From the NCBI GenBank assembly GCA_002269645.1, contig NIVC01001363.1, positions 1 through 64,000 of the forward strand: a stretch of 64,000 bases of DNA, written 5' to 3'. Below are positions 1-14,075 of the stretch, piece by piece. This DNA comes from Macrostomum lignano. Lineage: Eukaryota. The position numbers and the translations under genes were made by a program. Position 1 is the first letter of the stretch, and each line of letters begins with the position of its first letter. Under the pieces are notes generated by a model. It made no database searches and was not told the DNA's origin. It saw only the letters and a list, made by a program, of their open reading frames with translations.

Positions 1-3000
1 AACTCTGTGTCCTTGACTGTTTAACTCCTGTCCTTGACTGTTTAACTCCGTGTCCTTGACTGTTAACTCCGTGTCCTTGACTGTTTAACTCTGTGTCCTT
101 GATGTTTAACTCGTGTCCTTGACTGTTTAACTCTGTGTCCTTGACTGTTTAACTCCGTGTCCTTGACTGTTAACTCTGTGTCCTTGACTGTTTAACTCTG
201 TGTCCTTGACTGTTTAACTTCTGTGTCCTTGACTGTTTAACTCCGTGTCCTTGACTGTTTTAACTTGTGTCCTTGACTGTTTAACTCCGTGTCCTTGACT
301 GTTTAACTCTGTGTCCTTGACTGTTTAACTCTGTGTCCTTGACTGTTTAATCCGTGTCCTTGACTGTTTAACTCTGTGTCCTTGACTGTTTAACTCTGTG
401 TCCTTGACTGTTTAACTCTGTGTCCTTGACTGTTTAACTTGTGTCCTTGACTGTTTAACTCCGTGTCCTTGACTGTTTAACTCTGTCTTGACTGTTTAAC
501 TCTGTGTCCTTGACTGTTTAACTCTGTGTCCTTGACTGTTTAACTCTGTGTCCTTGACTGTTTAACTCCGTGTCCTTGACTGTTTAACTCTGTGTCCTTG
601 ACTGTTTAACTCTGTGTCCTTGACTGTTTAACTCTGTGTCCTTGACTGTTTAACTCTGTGTCCTTGACTGTTTTAACTCCGTGTCCTTGACTGTTTACTC
701 TGTGTCCTTGACTGTTTAACTCTGTGTCCTTGACTGTTTAACTCTGTCCTTGACTGTTTAACTCTGTGTCCTTGACTGTTTAACTCTGTGTCCTTGACTG
801 TTTAACTCTGTGTCCTTGACTGTTTAACTCTGTGTCCTTGACTGTTTAACTCTGTGTCCTTGACTGTTTAACTCTGTGTCCTTGACTGTTTAACTCGTGT
901 CCTTGACTGTTTAACTCCGTGTCCTTGACTGTTTAACTCTGTGTCCTTGACTGTTTAACTTGTGTCCTTGACTGTTTAACTCTGTGTCCTTGACTGTTTA
1001 ACTCTGTGTCCTTGACTGTTTAACTCTGTGTCCTTGACTGTTTAACTCTGTGTCCTTGACTGTTTAACTCTGTGTCCTTGACTGTTTAACTCTGTGTCCT
1101 TGACTGTTTAACTCTGTGTCCTTGACTGTTTAACTCTGTGTCCTTGACTGTTTAACTCTGTGTCCTTGACTGTTTAACTCTGTGTCCTTGACTGTTTAAC
1201 TTGTGTCCTTGACTGTTTATCTCCGTGTCCTTGACTGTTTAACTCTGTGTCCTTGACTGTTTAACTCTGTGTCCTTGACTGTTTAACTCTGTGTCCTTGA
1301 CTGTTTAACTCTGTGTCCTTGACTGTTTAACTCTGTGTCCTTGACTGTTTAACTCTGTGTCCTTGACTGTTTATCTCCGTGTCCTTGACTGTTTAACTCT
1401 GTGTCCTTGACTGTTTAACTCTGTGTCCTTGACTGTTTAACTCTGTGTCCTTGACTGTTTAACTCCGTGTCTTGACTGTTTAACTCTGTGTCCTTGACTG
1501 TTTAACTTGTGTCCTTGACTGTTTAGTGTCCTTGACTGTTTAACTCTGTGTCCTTGACTGTTTAACTCTGTGTCCTTGACTGTTTAACTCTGTGTCCTTG
1601 ACTGTTTAACTTGTGTCCTTGACTGTTTAACTCCGTGTCCTTGACTGTTTAACTCCGTGTCCTTGACTGTTTAACTCTGTGTCCTTGACTGTTTAACTCT
1701 GTGTCCTTGACTGTTTAACTCTGTGTCCTTGACTGTTTAACTCTGTTTGACTGTTTAACTCCGTGTCCTTGATGTTTGATTTTACTCTGTGTCCTTGACT
1801 GTTTAACTCTGTTCCTTGACTGTTTAACTCTGTGTCCTTGACTGTTTAACTCTGTGTCCTTGACTGTTTAACTCCGTGTCCTTGACTGTTTAACTCGTGT
1901 CCTTGACTGTTTAACTCTGTGTCCTTGACTGTTTAACTCTGTGTCCTTGACTGTTTAACTCTGTGTCCTTGACTGTTTAACTCTGTGTCCTTGACTGTTT
2001 AACTCTGTGTCCTTGACTGTTTAACTCTGTGTCCTTGACTGTTTAACTCTGTGTCCTTGACTGTTTAACTCTGTGTCCTTGACTGTTTAACTCTGTGTCC
2101 TTGACTGTTTAACTTGTGTCCTTGACTGTTTAACTTGTGTCCTTGACTGTTTAACTCTGTGTCCTTGACTGTTTAACTCTGTGTCCTTGACTGTTTAACT
2201 CTGTGTCCTTGACTGTTTAACTCTGTGTCCTTGACTGTTTAACTCTGTGTCCTTGACTGTTTAACTCTGTGTCCTTGACTGTTTAACTTGTGTCCTTGAC
2301 TGTTTAACTCTGTGTCCTTGACTGTTTAACTTGTGTCCTTGACTGTTTAACTCTGTGTCCTTGACTGTTTAACTCTGTGTCCTTGACTGTTTAACTCTGT
2401 GTCCTTGACTGTTTAACTCTGTGTCCTTGACTGTTTAACTCTGTGTCCTTGACTGTTTAACTCTGTGTCCTTGACTGTTTAACTCTGTGTCCTTGACTGT
2501 TTAACTCTGTGTCCTTGACTGTTTAACTCTGTGTCCTTGACTGTTTAACTCTGTGTCCTTGACTGTTTAACTCTGTGTCCTTGACTGTTTAACTCTGTGT
2601 CCTTGACTGTTTAACTCCGTGTCCTTGACTGTTTAACTCTGTGTCCTTGACTGTTTAACTCTGTGTCCTTGACTGTTTAACTCGTGTCCTTGACTGTTTA
2701 ACTCTGTGTCCTTGACTGTTTAACTCTGTGTCCTTGACTGTTTAACTCTGTGTCCTTGACTGTTTAACTCTGTGTCCTTGACTGTTTAACTCTGTGTCCT
2801 TGACTGTTTAACTCTGTGTCCTTGACTGTTTAACTCTGTGTCCTTGACTGTTTAACTCCGTGTCCTTGACTGTTTAACTCTGTGTCCTTGACTGTTTAAC
2901 TCTGTGTCCTTGACTGTTTAACTCTGTGTCCTTGACTGTTTAACTCTGTGTCCTTGACTGTTTAACTCTGTGTCCTTGACTGTTTAACTCTGTGTCCTTG

Positions 3001-6000
3001 ACTGTTTAACTCTGTGTCCTTGACTGTTTAACTCTGTGTCCTTGACTGTTTAACTCTGTGTCCTTGACTGTTTAACTCTGTGTCCTTGACTGTTTAACTC
3101 TGTGTCCTTGACTGTTTAACTCTGTGTCCTTGACTGTTTAACTCTGTGTCCTTGACTGTTTAACTGTGTCCTTGACTGTTTAACTCTGTGTCCTTGACTG
3201 TTTAACTCTGTGTCCTTGACTGTTTAACTCTGTGTCCTTGACTGTTTAACTCTGTGTCCTTGACTGTTTAACTCTGTGTCCTTGACTGTTTAACTCTGTG
3301 TCCTTGACTGTTTAACTCTGTGTCCTTGACTGTTTAACTCTGTGTCCTTGACTGTTTAACTCTGTGTCCTTGACTGTTTAACTCTGTGTCCTTGACTGTT
3401 TAACTCTGTGTCCTTGACTGTTTAACTCCGTGTCCTTGACTGTTTAACTCTGTGTCCTTGACTGTTTAACTCTGTGTCCTTGACTGTTTAACTGTGTCCT
3501 TGACTGTTTAACTCTGTGTCCTTGACTGTTTAACTGTGTCCTTGACTGTTTAACTCTGTGTCCTTGACTGTTTAACTCTGTGTCCTTGACTGTTTAACTC
3601 TGTGTCCTTGACTGTTTAACTCTGTGTCCTTGACTGTTTAACTCTGTGTCCTTGACTGTTTAACTCTGTGTCCTTGACTGTTTAACTCCGTGTCCTTGAC
3701 TGTTTAACTCTGTGTCCTTGACTGTTTAACTCTGTGTCCTTGACTGTTTAACTCTGTGTCCTTGACTGTTTAACTCTGTGTCCTTGACTGTTTAACTCTG
3801 TGTCCTTGACTGTTTAACTCTGTGTCCTTGACTGTTTAACTCTGTGTCCTTGACTGTTTAACTCCGTGTCCTTGACTGTTTAACTCTGTGTCCTTGACTG
3901 TTTAACTCTGTGTCCTTGACTGTTTAACTCTGTGTCCTTGACTGTTTAACTCTGTGTCCTTGACTGTTTAACTCTGTGTCCTTGACTGTTTAACTCTGTG
4001 TCCTTGACTGTTTAACTCTGTGTCCTTGACTGTTTAACTCTGTGTCCTTGACTGTTTAACTCTGTGTCCTTGACTGTTTAACTCTGTGTCCTTGACTGTT
4101 TAACTCTGTGTCCTTGACTGTTTAACTCTGTGTCCTTGACTGTTTAACTCTGTGTCCTTGACTGTTTAACTCTGTGTCCTTGACTGTTTAACTCTGTGTC
4201 CTTGACTGTTTAACTCTGTGTCCTTGACTGTTTAACTCTGTGTCCTTGACTGTTTAACTCTGTGTCCTTGACTGTTTAACTCTGTGTCCTTGACTGTTTA
4301 ACTCTGTGTCCTTGACTGTTTAACTCTGTGTCCTTGACTGTTTAACTCTGTGTCCTTGACTGTTTAACTCTGTGTCCTTGACTGTTTAACTCTGTGTCCT
4401 TGACTGTTTAACTCTGTGTCCTTGACTGTTTAACTCTGTGTCCTTGACTGTTTAACTCCGTGTCCTTGACTGTTTAACTCTGTGTCCTTGACTGTTTAAC
4501 TCTGTGTCCTTGACTGTTTAACTCTGTGTCCTTGACTGTTTAACTTGTGTCCTTGACTGTTTAACTCTGTGTCCTTGACTGTTTAACTCTGTGTCCTTGA
4601 CTGTTTAACTCTGTGTCCTTGACTGTTTAACTCTGTGTCCTTGACTGTTTAACTCTGTGTCCTTGACTGTTTAACTCTGTGTCCTTGACTGTTTAACTCC
4701 GTGTCCTTGACTGTTTAACTCCGTGTCCTTGACTGTTTAACTCTGTGTCCTTGACTGTTTAACTCTGTGTCCTTGACTGTTTAACTCTGTGTCCTTGACT
4801 GTTTAACTCTGTGTCCTTGACTGTTTAACTCTGTGTCCTTGACTGTTTAACTCTGTGTCCTTGACTGTTTAACTCCGTGTCCTTGACTGTTTAACTCTGT
4901 GTCCTTGACTGTTTAACTCCGTGTCCTTGACTGTTTAACTCTGTGTCCTTGACTGTTTAACTCTGTGTCCTTGACTGTTTAACTCCGTGTCCTTGACTGT
5001 TTAACTCTGTGTCCTTGACTGTTTAACTCTGTGTCCTTGACTGTTTAACTCTGTGTCCTTGACTGTTTAACTCTGTGTCCTTGACTGTTTAACTCTGTGT
5101 CCTTGACTGTTTAACTCTGTGTCCTTGACTGTTTAACTCTGTGTCCTTGACTGTTTAACTCTGTGTCCTTGACTGTTTAACTCTGTGTCCTTGACTGTTT
5201 AACTCTGTGTCCTTGACTGTTTAACTCTGTGTCCTTGACTGTTTAACTCTGTGTCCTTGACTGTTTAACTCTGTGTCCTTGACTGTTTAACTCTGTGTCC
5301 TTGACTGTTTAACTCTGTGTCCTTGACTGTTTAACTCTGTGTCCTTGACTGTTTAACTCTGTGTCCTTGACTGTTTAACTCTGTGTCCTTGACTGTTTAA
5401 CTCTGTGTCCTTGACTGTTTAACTCTGTGTCCTTGACTGTTTAACTCTGTGTCCTTGACTGTTTAACTCTGTGTCCTTGACTGTTTAATCTCGTGTCCTT
5501 GACTGTTTAACTCTGTGTCCTTGACTGTTTAACTCTGTGTCCTTGACTGTTTAACTCTGTGTCCTTGACTGTTTAACTCTGTGTCCTTGACTGTTTAACT
5601 CTGTGTCCTTGACTGTTTAACTCTGTGTCCTTGACTGTTTAACTCTGTGTCCTTGACTGTTTAACTCTGTGTCCTTGACTGTTTAACTCTGTGTCCTTGA
5701 CTGTTTAACTCTGTGTCCTTGACTGTTTAACTCTGTGTCCTTGACTGTTTAACTCTGTGTCCTTGACTGTTTAACTCTGTGTCCTTGACTGTTTAACTCT
5801 GTGTCCTTGACTGTTTAACTCTGTGTCCTTGACTGTTTAACTCTGTGTCCTTGACTGTTTAACTCTGTGTCCTTGACTGTTTAACTCTGTGTCCTTGACT
5901 GTTTAACTCTGTGTCCTTGACTGTTTAACTCTGTGTCCTTGACTGTTTAACTCTGTGTCCTTGACTGTTTAACTCTGTGTCCTTGACTGTTTAACTCGTG

Positions 6001-9000
6001 TCCTTGACTGTTTAACTCTGTGTCCTTGACTGTTTAACTCTGTGTCCTTGACTGTTTAACTCTGTGTCCTTGACTGTTTAACTCTGTGTCCTTGACTGTT
6101 TAACTCTGTGTCCTTGACTGTTTAACTCTGTGTCCTTGACTGTTTAACTCTGTGTCCTTGACTGTTTAACTCTGTGTCCTTGACTGTTTAACTCTGTGTC
6201 CTTGACTGTTTAACTCTGTGTCCTTGACTGTTTAACTCTGTGTCCTTGACTGTTTAACTCTGTGTCCTTGACTGTTTAACTCGTGTCCTTGACTGTTTAA
6301 CTCTGTGTCCTTGACTGTTTAACTCTGTGTCCTTGACTGTTTAACTCTGTGTCCTTGACTGTTTAACTCTGTGTCCTTGACTGTTTAACTCTGTGTCCTT
6401 GACTGTTTAACTCTGTGTCCTTGACTGTTTAACTCTGTGTCCTTGACTGTTTAACTCTGTGTCCTTGACTGTTTAACTCTGTGTCCTTGACTGTTTAACT
6501 CTGTGTCCTTGACTGTTTAACTCTGTGTCCTTGACTGTTTAACTCTGTGTCCTTGACTGTTTAACTCTGTGTCCTTGACTGTTTAACTCTGTGTCCTTGA
6601 CTGTTTAACTCCGTGTCCTTGACTGTTTAACTCTGTGTCCTTGACTGTTTAACTCTGTGTCCTTGACTGTTTAACTCCGTGTCCTTGACTGTTTAACTCT
6701 GTGTCCTTGACTGTTTAACTCTGTGTCCTTGACTGTTTAACTCTGTGTCCTTGACTGTTTAACTCTGTGTCCTTGACTGTTTAACTCTGTGTCCTTGACT
6801 GTTTAACTCTGTGTCCTTGACTGTTTAACTCTGTGTCCTTGACTGTTTAACTCTGTGTCCTTGACTGTTTAACTCTGTGTCCTTGACTGTTTAACTCTGT
6901 GTCCTTGACTGTTTAACTCTGTGTCCTTGACTGTTTAACTCTGTGTCCTTGACTGTTTAACTCTGTGTCCTTGACTGTTTATCTGTGTCCTTGACTGTTT
7001 AACTCTGTGTCCTTGACTGTTTAACTCTGTGTCCTTGACTGTTTAACTCTGTGTCCTTGACTGTTTAACTCTGTGTCCTTGACTGTTTAACTCTGTGTCC
7101 TTGACTGTTTAACTCTGTGTCCTTGACTGTTTAACTCTGTGTCCTTGACTGTTTAACTCTGTGTCCTTGACTGTTTAACTCCGTGTCCTTGACTGTTTAA
7201 CTCTGTGTCCTTGACTGTTTAACTTGTGTCCTTGACTGTTTAACTCTGTGTCCTTGACTGTTTAACTTTGTGTCCTTGACTGTTTAACTCCGTGTCCTTG
7301 ACTGTTTAACTCTGTGTCCTTGACTGTTTAACTCCGTGTCCTTGACTGTTTAACTCTGTGTCCTTGACTGTTTAACTCTGTGTCCTTGACTGTTTAACTC
7401 TGTGTCCTTGACTGTTTAACTCCGTGTCCTTGACTGTTTAACTCTGTGTCCTTGACTGTTTAACTCTGTGTCCTTGACTGTTTAACTCTGTGTCCTTGAC
7501 TGTTTAACTCTGTGTCCTTGACTGTTTAACTCTGTGTCCTTGACTGTTTAACTCCGTGTCCTTGACTGTTTAACTCTGTGTCCTTGACTGTTTAACTCTG
7601 TGTCCTTGACTGTTTAACTCTGTGTCCTTGACTGTTTAACTCTGTGTCCTTGACTGTTTAACTCCGTGTCCTTGACTGTTTAACTCTGTGTCCTTGACTG
7701 TTTAACTCTGTGTCCTTGACTGTTTAACTCTGTGTCCTTGACTGTTTAACTCTGTGTCCTTGACTGTTTAACTCTGTGTCCTTGACTGTTTAACTCTGTG
7801 TCCTTGACTGTTTAACTCCGTGTCCTTGACTGTTTAACTCCGTGTCCTTGACTGTTTAACTCTGTGTCCTTGACTGTTTAACTCTGTGTCCTTGACTGTT
7901 TAACTCTGTGTCCTTGACTGTTTAACTCTGTGTCCTTGACTGTTTAACTCTGTGTCCTTGACTGTTTAACTCTGTGTCCTTGACTGTTTAACTCTGTGTC
8001 CTTGACTGTTTAACTCTGTGTCCTTGACTGTTTAACTTGTGTCCTTGACTGTTTAACTCTGTGTCCTTGACTGTTTAACTTGTGTCCTTGACTGTTTAAC
8101 TCTGTGTCCTTGACTGTTTATCTCCGTGTCCTTGACTGTTTAACTCTGTGTCCTTGACTGTTTAACTCTGTGTCCTTGACTGTTTAACTCTGTGTCCTTG
8201 ACTGTTTAACTCTGTGTCCTTGACTGTTTAACTCTGTGTCCTTGACTGTTTAACTCTGTGTCCTTGACTGTTTAACTCTGTGTCCTTGACTGTTTAACTC
8301 TGTGTCCTTGACTGTTTAACTCTGTGTCCTTGACTGTTTAACTCTGTGTCCTTGACTGTTTAACTCTCCGTGTCCTTGACTGTTTAACTCTGTGTCCTTG
8401 ACTGTTTAACTCTGTGTCCTTGACTGTTTAACTCTGTGTCCTTGACTGTTTAACTCCGTGTCCTTGACTGTTTAACTCTGTGTCCTTGACTGTTTAACTC
8501 TGTGTCCTTGACTGTTTAACTCTGTGTCCTTGACTGTTTAACTCTGTGTCCTTGACTGTTTAACTCTGTGTCCTTGACTGTTTAACTCTGTGTCCTTGAC
8601 TGTTTAACTCTGTGTCCTTGACTGTTTAACTCTGTGTCCTTGACTGTTTAACTCTGTGTCCTTGACTGTTTAACTCTGTGTCCTTGACTGTTTAACTCTG
8701 TGTCCTTGACTGTTTAACTTGTGTCCTTGACTGTTTAACTCTGTGTCCTTGACTGTTTAACTCTGTGTCCTTGACTGTTTAACTCTGTGTCCTTGACTGT
8801 TTAACTCTGTGTCCTTGACTGTTTAACTCTGTGTCCTTGACTGTTTAACTCCGTGTCCTTGACTGTTTAACTCTGTGTCCTTGACTGTTTAACTCTGTGT
8901 CCTTGACTGTTTAACTCTGTGTCCTTGACTGTTTAACTCTGTGTCCTTGACTGTTTAACTCTGTGTCCTTGACTGTTTAACTCTGTGTCCTTGACTGTTT

Positions 9001-10505
9001 AACTCTGTGTCCTTGACTGTTTAACTCTGTGTCCTTGACTGTTTAACTCTGTGTCCTTGACTGTTTAACTCTGTGTCCTTGACTGTTTAACTCTGTGTCC
9101 TTGACTGTTTAACTCTGTGTCCTTGACTGTTTATCTCCGTGTCCTTGACTGTTTAACTCTGTGTCCTTGACTGTTTAACTCTGTGTCCTTGACTGTTTAA
9201 CTCCGTGTCCTTGACTGTTTAACTCCGTGTCCTTGACTGTTTAACTCTGTGTCCTTGACTGTTTAACTCTGTGTCCTTGACTGTTTAACTCTGTGTCCTT
9301 GACTGTTTAACTCTGTGTCCTTGACTGTTTAACTCTGTGTCCTTGACTGTTTAACTCTGTGTCCTTGACTGTTTATCTGTGTCCTTGACTGTTTAACTCT
9401 GTGTCCTTGACTGTTTAACTCTGTGTCCTTGACTGTTTAACTCTGTGTCCTTGACTGTTTAACTCTGTGTCCTTGACTGTTTAACTTGTGTCCTTGACTG
9501 TTTAACTCTGTGTCCTTGACTGTTTATCTGTGTCCTTGACTGTTTAACTCTGTGTCCTTGACTGTTTAACTCTGTGTCCTTGACTGTTTAACTCCGTGTC
9601 CTTGACTGTTTAACTCTGTGTCCTTGACTGTTTAACTCTGTGTCCTTGACTGTTTAACTCTGTGTCCTTGACTGTTTAACTCTGTGTCCTTGACTGTTTA
9701 ACTCCGTGTCCTTGACTGTTTAACTCCGTGTCCTTGACTGTTTAACTCTGTGTCCTTGACTGTTTAACTCTGTGTCCTTGACTGTTTAACTCTGTGTCCT
9801 TGACTGTTTAACTCTGTGTCCTTGACTGTTTAACTCTGTGTCCTTGACTGTTTAACTCCGTGTCCTTGACTGTTTAACTCTGTGTCCTTGACTGTTTAAC
9901 TCTGTGTCCTTGACTGTTTAACTCCGTGTCCTTGACTGTTTAACTCTGTGTCCTTGACTGTTTAACTTGTGTCCTTGACTGTTTAACTCCGTGTCCTTGA
10001 CTGTTTAACTCTGTGTCCTTGACTGTTTAACTCTTGTGTCCTTGACTGTTTAACTCCGTGTCCTTGACTGTTTAACTTTGTGTCCTTGACTGTTTAACTC
10101 CGTGTCCTTGACTGTTTAACTCCGTGTCCTTGACTGTTTAACTCTGTGTCCTTGACTGTTTAACTCTGTGTCCTTGACTGTTTAACTCCGTGTCCTTGAC
10201 TGTTTAACTTTGTGTCCTTGACTGTTTAACTCCGTGTCCTTGACTGTTTAACTCCGTGTCCTTGACTGTTTAACTCTGTGTCCTTGACTGTTTAACTCTG
10301 TGTCCTTGACTGTTTAACTCTGTGTCCTTGACTGTTTAACTCCGTGTCCTTGACTGTTTATCTCCGTGTCCTTGACTGTTTAACTCTGTGTCCTTGACTG
10401 TTTAACTCTGTGTCCTTGACTGTTTAACTCCGTGTCCTTGACTGTTTAACTCCGTGTCCTTGACTGTTTAACTCTGTGTCCTTGACTGTTTAACTTTGTG
10501 TCCTC
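1..10505. repeat. 22-bp tandem satellite, consensus AACTCTGTGTCCTTGACTGTTT, about 475 copies, runs off the window start
   Basis: Direct 22-nt periodicity (GTCCTTGA at 2401, 2423 and so on). Variants include CTCCGTGT, AACTTGTGT and TATCTCCGT. TAA occurs on both strands and 22 is not a multiple of 3, so every frame is closed. The array ends at ...CTTTGTGTCCTCAAAG. Confidence 0.99.
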
Positions 10506-11195
10506 AAAGAGCCACTGGTAGTAAATAATTTTCAAATAACATTTTGTTGCTCCATCCCATTATTTCTCCGGTATCTGTGAGTCCCATCTCAGGGCTTCCT
10601 AATTAATAAAATTGTACGGCCGATCTCGCAGTCAGCTGAAGTCTCCCTGCGAGTAAGGCTGTGATGCCGCCCACAGTCATTTAGATGAAGTGCGCTGGAA
10701 TAAGTGCACTCTCGACCTTCCAGACTCGCTCTCGGCTCTCGCCACCGCGTCCCCACAGTTTTAGGATTAGTCTCTTGATATATCCGCATTTACTAAATTA
10801 TTCTATCTGATAGGATGCACTAATACTACTGATAGAAACTACTGTACCCTAGCTAGCCTGCGGGCACAGCAGCCATCAATCAATTTAAAGTAGCAAACTT
10901 TAATAAGGAGGCTAGCATTAGCCAGTAGACCAGTGAAAGCAAAAACGAATGACACGAGAGAGACATGAGACCGAAGTATTAAGAAGCTAAGATAAGGAGA
11001 GGAGATGAGATGAAAAGAGAGGAAAGGAGATTTTGATCCTGTTATAGCTTTTATATCTAAAATGAGCATTGGCACTTCAGTGCCAGTATTTTTCAGGGAA
11101 GTAGTTTAGGTCCAAAGACAGCAACAGGATAAAACAACAATCGATATAAAATTACGAGCTAAAATTCATAAAAATTCAACAAGAAGAGGAGATGA

Positions 11196-12620
11196 GACGA
11201 AAGGAGATAAGAGGTAAAGAGATGAGAGGAGAGAAGAGGAGAGGAGAGGAGAGGAGAGGAGAGGAGAGGAGAGGAGAGAAGAGGAGAGGAGGGGAGAGGA
11301 GAGGAGAGGAGAGGAGAGGAGAGGAGAGGAGAGGAGAGGAGAGGAGAGGAGAGGAGAGGAGAGGAGAGGAGAGGAGAGGAGAGGAGAAGATAGGGTAGGA
11401 GAGGAGAGGAGATGAGAGGAGAGGAGAGGAGAGGAGAGGAGAGGAGAGGAGAGGAGATGAGAGGAGAGGAGAGGAGAGGATAGGAGAGGAGAGGAGAGGA
11501 GAGGAGAGGAGAGGAGAGGAGAGGAGAGGAGGAGAGGAGAGGAGAGGAGATGAGAGGAGAGGAGAGGAGAGGAGGGGAGAGGAGAGGAGAGGAGGGAGAG
11601 GGAGAGGAGAGGAGAGGAGAGAGGAGAGGAGAGGAGAGGAGAGGAGAGGAGAGGAGAGGAGAGGAGAGGAGAGGAGAGGAGAGGAGATGAGAGGAGGAGA
11701 GGAGAGGAGGGAGAGGAGGGGAGAGGAGAGAGAGGAGAGGAGGGGAGAGGAGAGGAGAGGAGAGGAGAGGAGAGGAGAGGAGAGGAGAGGAGAGGAGAGG
11801 AGATGAGAGGAGAGGAGAGGAGAGTAGAGGAGAGGAGGGGAGAGGAGAGGAGAGGAGAGGAGAGGAGAGGAGGGGAGAGGAGAGGAGAGGAGAGGAGGGG
11901 AGAGGAGAGGAGAGGAGAGGAGGGGAGAGGAGAGGAGAGGAGAGGAGAGGAGAGGAGAGGAGAGAGGAGAGGAGAGGAGATGAGAGGAGAGGAGAGGAGA
12001 GGAGAGTAGAGGAGAGAGGAGAGGAGAGGAGAGGAGACGAGACGAGAGGAGAGGAGAGGAGGGAGGAGAGGAGAGGAGAGGAGAGGAGAGGAGAGGAGAG
12101 GAGAGAGGAGGAGAGGAGAGGAGAGAGAGGAGGGAGAGGAGAGGAGAGGAGAGGAGAGGAGGGAGAGGAAGGAGGAGAGGAGAGAGAGGAGAGGAGAGGA
12201 GGAGGGAGAGGAGAGGAGAGAGAGGAGAGAAGGAGAGGAGAGAGAGGAGAGGAGAGGAGAGGAGAGGAGACGAAAGGAGATAAGAGGTAAAGAGATGAGA
12301 GGAGAGGAGAGGAGAGGAGATAAGAGGTAAAGAGATGAGAGGAGGGAGAGGAGAGGAGAGGAGAGGAGAGGAGAGGAGAGGAGAGGAGAGGAGAGGAGAC
12401 GAGACGAAAGGAGATAAGAGGTAAAGAGATGAGAGGAGAGAAGAGGAGAGGAGGGAGAGGAGAGGAGAGAGAGGAGAGGAGAGGAGAGGGAGGAGAGGAG
12501 AGGAGAGGAGAGGAGAGGAGAGGAGAGGAGAGGAGAGGAGAGGAGAGGAGAGGAGAGGAGAGGAGAGGAGAGGAGAGGAGAGGAGAGGAGAGGAGAGGAG
12601 AGGAGAGGAGAGGAGAGAAG
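11196..12620. repeat. (GAGAG)n pentanucleotide microsatellite
   Basis: AGGAG periodicity; source of the spurious LLSSP and GEERR ORFs. Confidence 0.97.
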
Positions 12621-12629
12621 GCAGTCTAA

Positions 12630-12965
12630 TTGGCCGCAGAAGTGCCAGGCTGAGCCAAGCGCCTAAGTTACGAGTAATTAGCAAGGGGGCGCAGCCACAA
12701 AGCTGGGCCGGCGACAGCCAAGCCGCAGCCAGCGAGGAGGCCGGAGGTCGTGCCCGATCCGCTGACCTCCGAGCACGCACAAGCTCACACTGGGTGTATC
12801 TTACAGCATGTACACACTCTACGCTTTGGGGGTTGGCCTTCATAGACGTAAATCTCTGACGTCAAGCCCGAAGGCCCATTTCCGTGTAGGAATCTGAATT
12901 AATTTGCCCGCGCACGGAATCGAACCCAGGTCCACTGGCCCGAGAGTCATACGCGTGGCCTCTAG
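12630..12965 (-). mobile_element. possible degenerate tRNA-derived SINE
   Basis: The minus strand has a perfect Pol III B-box, GGGTTCGATTCC (12916-12927), after a tRNA-like stretch CTAGAGGCCACGCGTATGACTCTCGGGCCAGTGGACCT. There is no clean A-box or cloverleaf, and the extent is approximate. Confidence 0.3.
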
Positions 12966-13206
12966 AAAATGCATTTGCACACTGTGTCTGGGAAGCCAAA
13001 AGTTATTGGCTACTATAATTTATTGCGTCCGCACAAAAATACCGAGGATCAGGTTTGAGTCGGTGTTTTAAATACTGCCGTCTGGTTTCCTGAGCTCAGT
13101 GCCTATTGGCTAGCATTGCCAGGGTTTAATTAAATGCGTTTGGCTTATACTGATGAGCGGGCTTGGCGTGGTGGCCGAGGCGCTTGAGGGCACAGGGGAG
13201 CTGGGG

Positions 13207-13450
13207 TCAGTCAGTCAGTCAGTCAGTCAGTCAGTCAGTCAGTCAGTCAGTCAGTCAGTCAGTCAGTCAGTCAGTCAGTCAGTCAGTCAGTCAGACAGTC
13301 AGTCAGTCAGTCAGTCAGTCAGTCAGTCAGTCAGTCAGTCAGTCAGTCAGTCAGTCAGTCAGTCAGTCAGTCAGTCAGTCAGTCAGTCAGTCAGTCAGTC
13401 AGTCAGTCAGTCAGTCAGTCAGTCAGTCAGTCAGTCAGACAGTCAGTCAG
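13207..13450. repeat. (CAGT)n microsatellite
   Basis: Near-perfect tetranucleotide run. Confidence 0.98.
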
Positions 13451-13454
13451 GTGG

Positions 13455-14075
13455 AAAGCAGAGGGGGAGAAGCAGAGGGGGGGAAGCAGAGGGGGAGAAG
13501 CAGAGGGGGGGAAGCAGAGGGGGGAGAAGCAGAGGGGGAGAAGCAGAGGGGGGGGAAGCAGAGGGGGGAAGCAGAGGGGAAGCAGAGGGGGGGAAGCAGA
13601 GGGGAAGAAGCAGAGGGGAGAAGCAGAGGGGGAGAAGCAGAGGGGGGGGAAGCAGAGGGGGAAGCAGAGGGGGGAAGCAGAGGGGAAGAAGCAGAGGGGG
13701 AGAAGCAGAGGGGGAGAAGCAGAGGGGGGGAAGCAGAGGGGGGGAAGCAGAGGGGAGAAGCAGAGGGGAAGAAGCAGAGGGGAGAAGCAGAGGGGGAGAA
13801 GCAGAGGGGTAAGCAGAGGGGGAGAAGCAGAGGGGGAGAAGCAGAGGGGAGAAGCAGAGGGGGAGAAGCAGAGGGGGAGAAGCAGAGGGGGAGAAGCAGA
13901 GGGGGAGAAGCAGAGGGGGAGAAGCAGAGGGGGAGAAGCAGAGGGGGAGAAGCAGAGGGGGAGAAGCAGAGGGGAGAAGCAGAGGGGGAGAAGCAGAGGG
14001 GGAGAAGCAGAGGGGGAGAAGCAGAGGGGTAAGCAGAGGGGGAGAAGCAGAGGGGGAGAAGCAGAGGGGTAAGCA
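13455..14075. repeat. about 13-bp minisatellite GAAGCAGAGGGG(G), copy 1
   Basis: Tandem units with a variable G run; the same family recurs at 15886-16286. Confidence 0.95.

Noticed and set aside
1-10505. CRISPR-like or iteron-like array
   Set aside because: No unique spacers, contiguous monomers, eukaryotic context.
12905-12965. tRNA gene
   Set aside because: Only the B-box is good; no acceptor stem or cloverleaf could be formed, so it is kept only as a possible SINE relic.
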